In this document: positions 49,802-56,283 of the stretch, one piece after another
How positions within the stretch are numbered: the stretch's first letter is position 1
Layout of the letters: every line of letters begins with the position of its first letter
Sequence record: SRR22947725_5541
Direction: 5' to 3' (one strand)
DNA length: 56,283 nucleotides
Notes under the pieces: generated by a model
Seen by the model: only the letters and a program-made list of their open reading frames with translations
The model's database searches: none
What the model was told of the DNA's origin: nothing
Made by a program: the position numbers and the translations under genes

Positions 49802-50424
49802 GTGCAAAGCCTAAGAAAACTGTCCACAAGAAAAAGCACGCAGATGAACGTGAACCTGGGGTACATCAGGAACCAGTTCCCGTCCTGTTATTTGTCATTT
49901 TGCTGCTTCTTGCCTTTTGGGGAATGATGTATCTGCACACCAATGCAGGTGGTTTCAATCGCTATGTTTATGGCCCATTTGAGTCATATGCCATGGTTTC
50001 CGACGTCCAGCCGGGTAGTTCGGATGACCCAATGAAGCGTGGTGCTGATGTTTACAAAAGCATTTGCCTCCCCTGTCACCAAGCATCAGGTTTGGGAGCT
50101 CCCGGGCAATTTCCTCCTCTTGCTGGTTCCGATTGGGTGAATGTAGAAGGCCCCAACCGCATGCTTCGTATCGTAATCAACGGTCTGAGCGGTCCTGTTG
50201 AAGTCAACGGGCAAAGTTGGTCTGGTGCCATGCCCGGGTTTGGCGATGTGATTGCTTCTGACGAAGACCTGGCTGCTGTGATCACGTATGTCCGTAATTC
50301 ATGGGGTAACGAGGCGAGTGTTTGCACTCCTGAGGAGGCAGCATTAGTGCGATCAGAATCAGCGGATCGTGGTCGCCCATGGTCCAGCCCTGAATTACTC
50401 AACCTCTCTGTTGAAGTCCAGTAG
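49798..50424 (+). CDS. Membrane-anchored class I monoheme cytochrome c
   Basis: TM helix, CLPCHQ, FPPLAGS, GL.GPVEVNG, AMP and AAVITYVRNSWGN. ATGA overlap. Confidence 0.9.
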   Translation: MSAKPKKTVHKKKHADEREPGVHQEPVPVLLFVILLLLAFWGMMYLHTNAGGFNRYVYGPFESYAMVSDVQPGSSDDPMKRGADVYKSICLPCHQASGLGAPGQFPPLAGSDWVNVEGPNRMLRIVINGLSGPVEVNGQSWSGAMPGFGDVIASDEDLAAVITYVRNSWGNEASVCTPEEAALVRSESADRGRPWSSPELLNLSVEVQ

Positions 50425-50499
50425 CCAACACTGAGTCATCTAGCTCAAGTTAGAATCGCTAGTTTACATCACGGGCTTCTTACGCCATCAATAATATCC

Positions 50500-50982
50500 A
50501 TGTCTCATGTTGGTATAGGTTATGACGTTCATCGTCTCAAGGAAGGGCGCAAGCTTGTCCTTGGCGGTGTAGAAATTCCGCACGATAAGGGATTGGACGG
50601 TCATTCCGATGCTGATGTAGTCCTACACGCTTTATGCGATGCAATTTTCGGAGCACTTGGAGAGCAAGACATTGGTCAGTTTTTCTCCAATACTGATCCT
50701 AGATGGAAAGACGCTCCCAGTAGCCTGTTTCTGGATGAAGCGGGCAAGCACATCAAACTTCGTGAGGGTAATTTGATCAATGTAGATATTACTGTGATTG
50801 CGGAAGAACCCAAAATAAATCCCCACGTCAATGCAATGAAATTGATCATCGCAGAATGCCTCGATATCAATCCTCGCAAGGTATGTGTCAAAGCCACTAC
50901 CAACGAGCGCATCGGTTTCATTGGGCGAGGTGAGGGTATGGCTGCCATGGCTGTCGTCAGTATCAAGCTTCCTGAGGCTTAA
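50500..50982 (+). CDS. ispF: 2-C-methyl-D-erythritol 2,4-cyclodiphosphate synthase
   Basis: GIGYDVH, GHSDADVVLHA, DIG and KATTNE.IGF.GRGEG. Confidence 0.96.
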   Translation: MSHVGIGYDVHRLKEGRKLVLGGVEIPHDKGLDGHSDADVVLHALCDAIFGALGEQDIGQFFSNTDPRWKDAPSSLFLDEAGKHIKLREGNLINVDITVIAEEPKINPHVNAMKLIIAECLDINPRKVCVKATTNERIGFIGRGEGMAAMAVVSIKLPEA

Positions 50983-51153
50983 GACCGCCCTGGTATATAC
51001 CTGAGCGTTTACTCCAGAACTTCACGCCTGCGCTGAATGTTGCATTACACGAGGTATTGATGTTTTATTCAGCTCTGCCAGAATGGATTGTTCCCTTCTT
51101 GAAGCGGGTCTTCGTAGTGTTACAAAGCCTTCAATTCTCAGACCTGACCGCTT

Positions 51154-51894
51154 TTATCGGTAAGGTTGATTAAGTTCAACCTTAGGTTGTTTTCGTCGGG
51201 CACGTAGCTTCATATTGATTATTTCAACCGCGAGTGAAAAGGCCATGGCAAAATAGATGTAGCCTTTTTCTACTTTTACATGGAATCCCTCCAGAGTAAG
51301 GATAAAACCGATCAGAATCAGGAAACTGAGTGCAAGGACTTTCAGGCTAGGGTGCTTGTCGATGAACCTACTCACGGTGTTAACGAAAATGAGCATGACG
51401 ATCATCGCAATAACGACGGCGGTGATCATTACTGGCACCTCATCCACCATACCGACCGCCGTGATAACGGAATCCAGAGAAAATACGACATCCAGGAGCA
51501 TGATTTGGAATAAGACACTACCCATGGTTGCAGTCATTCCGCTGGTCTTGTGTCCATCTTCTCCTTCGAGCTTATCGTGGATTTCATGAGTGGCCTTGCC
51601 AATCAGAAACAACCCGCCAAAAAGCAGAATCAGGTCGCGACCTCCAAAAGTTTTGCCAAGTATGGTAAACAATGGTGTGGTTAGCTTGGCCATCCAGGCG
51701 ATTCCCATCAGTAATATGATTCTGGAGATAAGAGCCAGTGCCAGTCCAATTTTGCGCGCTTTGTCTTGTTCTTCTTTGGGAAGTTTACTTGCAAGAATTG
51801 AGATGAAGACGATGTTGTCAATCCCTAGCACAATTTCCAACAATGTCAGTGTCAGCAAGCTGACCCAAATCTCTGGTGATGTAATCCACTCCAT
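51154..51894 (-). CDS. TerC-family membrane protein
   Basis: LEIVLGIDNIVFI, GGLFLI.KAT.EIH, DVVFSLDSVITAVGM and KGYIYFAMAFS. Confidence 0.92.
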   Translation of the reverse strand: MEWITSPEIWVSLLTLTLLEIVLGIDNIVFISILASKLPKEEQDKARKIGLALALISRIILLMGIAWMAKLTTPLFTILGKTFGGRDLILLFGGLFLIGKATHEIHDKLEGEDGHKTSGMTATMGSVLFQIMLLDVVFSLDSVITAVGMVDEVPVMITAVVIAMIVMLIFVNTVSRFIDKHPSLKVLALSFLILIGFILTLEGFHVKVEKGYIYFAMAFSLAVEIINMKLRARRKQPKVELNQPYR

Positions 51895-51949
51895 ATTATA
51901 TCCAGACGCCAACTTATGGTTTTTTCAGAAAAAATCAAACTATCAAAAA

Positions 51950-52972
51950 CTAGAATAAATTCCCAACAGCCATTCCGATCACACTCATTGGTCCTTGATC
52001 TTCGAGGCTCTCAGTTGCTTTGTTGACCTTTTGAAGGGTGGTAGTTGCATTGTTCAGCAGTGAAGGGTCGTTGATCAACATGCCGATGCTGCCTTGTCCT
52101 TGATTTAATTTAACAAGAATCTCTTTCAGGTTGTTCATGGCAAGAGTGGATTCTTTGTAAAGTGTATCATCGGTTGTGAGTTTCCCCAAAGTTCCAACAC
52201 CTTTATTCAGCTTGGTTACAATATTTCTTGCATCCTTAACTGCCAGATTAATTTCATTTGTGGTTTGCTCAAGCTTGTTGACCGTTGCTGTTGCGGATTG
52301 GTAAAACTCTGGGTCAGAAATGAGTTTTCCGATGGTTCCTTCCCCTTTGGCAATTTCGTGTGAAACTTTTTCAAAATTAGAAAGCATGGCGGTAAGCTTG
52401 TCTTTATTTTCTTTAATCAAATCTCCGAGAGGGCCCAGTATATCGCCGAAGGTATCTCCGGAAAATGAGGTGCTCATGTTTTCCACACCATCAGCTACAC
52501 CCTCGAGCTTGGCCATCAACGTGCTTAGATCGGGTTGCTCTCGTGTTGTCAGCACCGTACCATTTTCAATAGGGAATCCTGAGTCACCGAACTTGATTGC
52601 TACATAGTGTTGGCCCATCAACCCTTCAAATTGAATCGACGCCTCACTGTCTGTGCGAATCGCCGCCTGCTTGTCCTGGTCAATCTCCAGCTTCACCAGA
52701 ACTTTATTGGAATCAAAGGCGATTGTCGCGACACGCCCCACCTTAACTCCCGCCACTTTTACTGGATCTCCAGTCTTAAGATCCTTGATGTTTTCAAAGC
52801 GGGTATCAACCGCAATTCTGTCAGAAAAAAGACGCACAGATCCTGCCACTTCCATTAGTAGGAATGCAGCGATCAGTGTAAAAATGACAAATAAGCCTAC
52901 TTGAGCTTCAGATGACCTGTTCGATTCGTTCGTTTTTTCTTTGGATGCTTGTTGTTTTGTATCTGCACTCAT
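51950..52972 (-). CDS. mlaD: MlaD/MCE-domain protein with helical C-terminal extension
   Basis: TM helix, L..GDPV..AGV.VGRV, GLMG..YV and repeated GEGTIGKL/GVGTLGKL/GQGSIGML helical units. Confidence 0.88.
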   Translation of the reverse strand: MSADTKQQASKEKTNESNRSSEAQVGLFVIFTLIAAFLLMEVAGSVRLFSDRIAVDTRFENIKDLKTGDPVKVAGVKVGRVATIAFDSNKVLVKLEIDQDKQAAIRTDSEASIQFEGLMGQHYVAIKFGDSGFPIENGTVLTTREQPDLSTLMAKLEGVADGVENMSTSFSGDTFGDILGPLGDLIKENKDKLTAMLSNFEKVSHEIAKGEGTIGKLISDPEFYQSATATVNKLEQTTNEINLAVKDARNIVTKLNKGVGTLGKLTTDDTLYKESTLAMNNLKEILVKLNQGQGSIGMLINDPSLLNNATTTLQKVNKATESLEDQGPMSVIGMAVGNLF

Positions 52973-52976
52973 AGTC

Positions 52977-53762
52977 TTAAACTGTCGGATGTGTTGCTTC
53001 AGATTGGTAGTCTTCAAATTTTCCGGCATTCAAAAAGCGCTGAATATCCTCGTCTGCCTTCTCCAGAAGTTCATCGGGCGTTTCTGGCTTGGAAAGTTTT
53101 CCTTCCTGCATGATGGCAATCTTGTGCCCGATGCCAAAAGCCAGGTCCCTATCGTGTGTGACGATGATCGAAGTGGTTCCGAACTCCTGATTGAGATGAA
53201 GGATTTGTTTGCCTACGGTGACTGCGCTGAGCGGATCCAATTCACTTGTAGGTTCATCGTAGAAAATCATCTGTGGATTGATTGCCAATGCCCGGGCGAT
53301 GGCGACCCTTTTTTTCATTCCTCCTGATAGGGTGCTGGGCATTTTGTATTTGTCATGTTCGATGCTCAGGCCCACTTTTCTAAGAGAATCATCAACGATA
53401 ATCTCTATTTCATGGGCAGGCATTCGTTTGTATTCTTTCAAATACAATCCAACATTTTCTCCTACTGAGATTGAGTTAAGGAGTCCTCCAGATTGAAAAA
53501 CGATAGCTAATTCAAGCTCTTCACGAACGACTGGGTCATTGATGGAACCATTGTTCAAAAGCACCTTGCCTTCGTCGGGTACTTCAAGACCGATCAGATG
53601 GCGCAGCAAGACACTCTTACCACTTCCACTGGGCCCCATTATAACAAAGATACTATGTGCATCGACCTCAAAATGAATACCATTCAATACAGGGCTTCCA
53701 TCATAGGATTTTTTAAGCCCGGTTACTTTAAGATTAATACTTTTTGCCTGGTTTGAGGTCAT
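52977..53762 (-). CDS. mlaF: MlaF-like ABC ATPase
   Basis: GPSGSGKS, LSGGMKKRVAIARA, YDEPTSELDP and VTHD. Confidence 0.9.
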   Translation of the reverse strand: MTSNQAKSINLKVTGLKKSYDGSPVLNGIHFEVDAHSIFVIMGPSGSGKSVLLRHLIGLEVPDEGKVLLNNGSINDPVVREELELAIVFQSGGLLNSISVGENVGLYLKEYKRMPAHEIEIIVDDSLRKVGLSIEHDKYKMPSTLSGGMKKRVAIARALAINPQMIFYDEPTSELDPLSAVTVGKQILHLNQEFGTTSIIVTHDRDLAFGIGHKIAIMQEGKLSKPETPDELLEKADEDIQRFLNAGKFEDYQSEATHPTV

Positions 53763-54502
53763 TCTATAAAAATAAACAGTCTAGTAACAAAATAATCCAG
53801 AATGAGTATGAATACGATGGACTTGACGACGGATTGAGTAACAGCCTGCCCAATGGCCCTGGGGCCCCCGGATGTTTGCAATCCCTCATAACAACTAACC
53901 AATCCTATGACGATTGCAAAGACCATGCTTTTTGAGATTCCATGTGCCAAGTCCGGCCACTCGACAGCGATTCTCAAATTATTCATATAGTTCTGATAAC
54001 TGATTGCTATCTCACTATTGGTCATAGATACCAGCCCACCTCCGAGCCAGCCTACTAGAATGGAAAAGATGACCAGCATGGGTAAGGCGAAAGTAATGGC
54101 AATCATGCGAGGCAAGACCAGATAATGAATGGGATTTATTTTCATGGTTTTCAACGCATCGATTTCCTGATAAACGCGCATGGATCCCAGTTCAGCTGTC
54201 ATGGCCGATCCCACTCGTCCGGCAATGAGTATGGCCATCATGACGGGGCCAAGCTCTTTGCACATGGAAAGTCCGACGAGTTGGCCAATCACAAACGGTA
54301 AGCCACGTTCTACAAGTACCGGCCCGGATTGCAGAGCCAGTACACCTCCAATAAACATCGACAAGATACAGCTCATCAACAATGAGGAGTTCCCGATTTC
54401 AAAAAATGCGGCGAGGACTTTCTCCCGTTCACGCCAGGTGTAAGGCAACGCTCGCAGGGTATCGATACCCAGCATGATCATGGCTCCAATGGATCGGATC
54501 AT
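53759..54502 (-). CDS. mlaE: MlaE-family ABC permease
   Basis: KELGPV, AGRVGSAMTAELGSM..YQEIDAL and YLVLPR. Confidence 0.92.
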   Translation of the reverse strand: MIRSIGAMIMLGIDTLRALPYTWREREKVLAAFFEIGNSSLLMSCILSMFIGGVLALQSGPVLVERGLPFVIGQLVGLSMCKELGPVMMAILIAGRVGSAMTAELGSMRVYQEIDALKTMKINPIHYLVLPRMIAITFALPMLVIFSILVGWLGGGLVSMTNSEIAISYQNYMNNLRIAVEWPDLAHGISKSMVFAIVIGLVSCYEGLQTSGGPRAIGQAVTQSVVKSIVFILILDYFVTRLFIFIE

Positions 54503-54557
54503 TTGAAAAAAATCAGTAATTCAATCATCCTGAGTTAAGCATGATATTCTCAGTGAA

Positions 54558-55982
54558 TCAAGATGTTGGCTTGTTGGTTTTGAAGGGGATGAAAAAGATT
54601 CGATAGCGACGATTGGCTTCTTTTCTTTCGTATTGGAAAAGCCCGAAGAGGAATGAAACCCTTCGGTTTGTCTCGGTTTTTTCTGAACGATATAGATTCC
54701 AGAATAAGGATTGACTTGATTTGCCGGTGCTTCCATTTGTCTCTGATCTCCAAATAGACCAGGCGTGTGAATAGTTACGTTCTACACTTTCGTTCCCCGG
54801 TAGGATAGGTTCAAGAATTGCAAGTGCCTGGAAACGTTGATCGCCTTTGTTATTTTTATATTTTGAAAAAAAAGGCCAGAAATTCCATTGCTCAAATGTT
54901 GTTTCAAGGTTGGAAAGATTCCGTTCCTCAATATGACTGTAAAGATAGGCCAGTATCTGATGTCGCCTTCGAGTTGAGACCTTGTTTGTTCTTTCCCTGT
55001 AACGATACAAGGGCCACAAGAAAAAATCACTTCTCAAACTGGCATTATGGCTCACCCCGAACAGTGGCCATAATCTTCGAGTGTGTTTTCCTTTTCCCTC
55101 TGCCCAAACAATGACAGGCCAGGGTGCTCCATATTCTCTGTATTGTTTGACTCGATCATGGGTCATGGTCAGTCCCAATGGCCAGGGGATAGTCGTGGAA
55201 TCCCGATTTACTGATCTTTCAAAGCTGTAGAATGGGATGAAAGATCCCTTATATTTTGGATTTGAGGTGCCAATTTGTTCTTTGTGCTGGAAGAAAAACG
55301 GCCAAAATAGCATCAACTTTTGATGGCCTCCTACGATTTCTTCACCTTCGCTCAGTAACTTGCGTGCTGTGATGCCTTTTGTTTCCCATCCTGCGATAGG
55401 CCAGAGTTGCCATCCTTTGAGTGAATCACCGGTCCTGTAGTGAACAAGTGGGGCGATGTAGTTCTCAGTGATGATGTCGTTTTTTCGGGTTTTTACATAG
55501 AGTGGCCACAGGATGAAATCGATCTCATCTCGGAGGAATCGATCCTTCATGTGCCCATAGAATGGCAGGAAGGCAGTGTAGTTCTTTTCTGGATGATTGC
55601 TGCGTTGGTGGTAGTAAAATGGAAAAATAGCCAGACGGTCAGCGTCTGAATCCAAATCTTTCTGTCCACCATGTGCACTGATGAATTGGAATAATTGAAT
55701 GCGGTATTCTTCTCCTACCCGATCGTAGCCCAATACGGGATACATCAAGTCCCACTCATCAGCATCGATGGTTTTATCCTGAAGGCGGGAGAAGAGGAAA
55801 GGAATGCTCCATGTCCGTTTGGATTCATAAGATTCTTGGTAAAGCAATGGACCAAAGAATTCCTGACGCAGGCCCTGATTTAAGGTGGACTCAAACGACT
55901 GAGCCAGGGGGCCCAAAGCCAATTCAGCGCTCGCTTTCAATGTGATGCGCGCCCACAGAAAGGCCGTGATCACATAGGGCAT
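54558..55982 (-). CDS. Hypothetical exported protein built of about 20 aromatic-Pro-aromatic (WPF/FPF) repeats
   Basis: Long ORF co-oriented with and 55 nt upstream of mlaE. Signal-peptide-like N-terminus from M at 55982, though the start is uncertain. Confidence 0.75.
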   Translation of the reverse strand: MPYVITAFLWARITLKASAELALGPLAQSFESTLNQGLRQEFFGPLLYQESYESKRTWSIPFLFSRLQDKTIDADEWDLMYPVLGYDRVGEEYRIQLFQFISAHGGQKDLDSDADRLAIFPFYYHQRSNHPEKNYTAFLPFYGHMKDRFLRDEIDFILWPLYVKTRKNDIITENYIAPLVHYRTGDSLKGWQLWPIAGWETKGITARKLLSEGEEIVGGHQKLMLFWPFFFQHKEQIGTSNPKYKGSFIPFYSFERSVNRDSTTIPWPLGLTMTHDRVKQYREYGAPWPVIVWAEGKGKHTRRLWPLFGVSHNASLRSDFFLWPLYRYRERTNKVSTRRRHQILAYLYSHIEERNLSNLETTFEQWNFWPFFSKYKNNKGDQRFQALAILEPILPGNESVERNYSHAWSIWRSETNGSTGKSSQSLFWNLYRSEKTETNRRVSFLFGLFQYERKEANRRYRIFFIPFKTNKPTS

Positions 55983-56135
55983 TCGAAACATGTTGTTGAT
56001 TCTTTTCAAGATCGAACACATTCAACTCACATGGCTCCAGAGTAGCCGGCTATAAAAACAAAGATTCAAGCCAAACATCCCGCAGGTTGTTGAGCCTGAA
56101 TCTTGTATCGAAGCAGGATATTTTAAAATGAAAAA

Positions 56136-56283
56136 CTATTCGCTATCTGCGACGGGATCTTTCTTCTCCGTTGCTTCTGCTGATACAATTTCCTGGGGAC
56201 TGTTTGAAGTTTCCTCCACTTGCTTTTCCCCTTTCTCATCAACGCGCTCATCAACGTGCTCATCCACGTGCTCATCCACGTGC
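56136..56283 (-). CDS. C-terminal acidic tail of a gene entering from beyond the window
   Basis: Open frame ...HVDEHVDEHVDERVDEKGEKQVEETSNSPQEIVSAEATEKKDPVADSE* ending in TAG at 56136. Confidence 0.55.
   Translation of the reverse strand, partial: HVDEHVDEHVDERVDEKGEKQVEETSNSPQEIVSAEATEKKDPVADSE
56235..56283. repeat. 12-bp tandem repeat CTCATCMACGYG, at least 4 copies, truncated by the window edge
   Basis: ctcatcaacgcg ctcatcaacgtg ctcatccacgtg ctcatccacgtg c. Confidence 0.9.

Noticed and set aside
56235-56283. CRISPR array
   Set aside because: Contiguous 12-bp units with no spacers and no cas genes.

Overview
Bacterial chromosomal housekeeping and bioenergetics region with no transposase, integrase, phage gene or CRISPR array that I could see. 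Gene style suggests Verrucomicrobiota, which is an inference. In order it holds: partial aroK, a GntP permease, tatD, dsbD, a Fur/PerR-led suf operon (fur-sufBCD-sufT-sufS-rhodanese fusion-iscU), a type VII ABC pair, DUF3050, CYTH, gatCA, nadK, tlyA, a sulfatase, nuoB-N (no nuoA, with an antisense tRNA-Gln between nuoE and nuoF), tRNA-Cys, an alternative complex III operon (actA-G), ispF, terC and an MCE (mlaEFD) operon. The strongest novelty candidate follows ACIII. It is a translationally coupled trio: a cbb3 subunit-I homolog that appears to lack all six metal-binding histidines, a CcoO-like cytochrome carrying an inserted ribosomal L7/L12 C-terminal-like domain, and a membrane-anchored cytochrome c. 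Other points of note are a Rex/CRP-like palindrome upstream of nuoB, an ICE/Per-box-like operator upstream of the suf operon, and a repeat protein heading the MCE operon. All calls come from motif recognition by eye; no searches were run.
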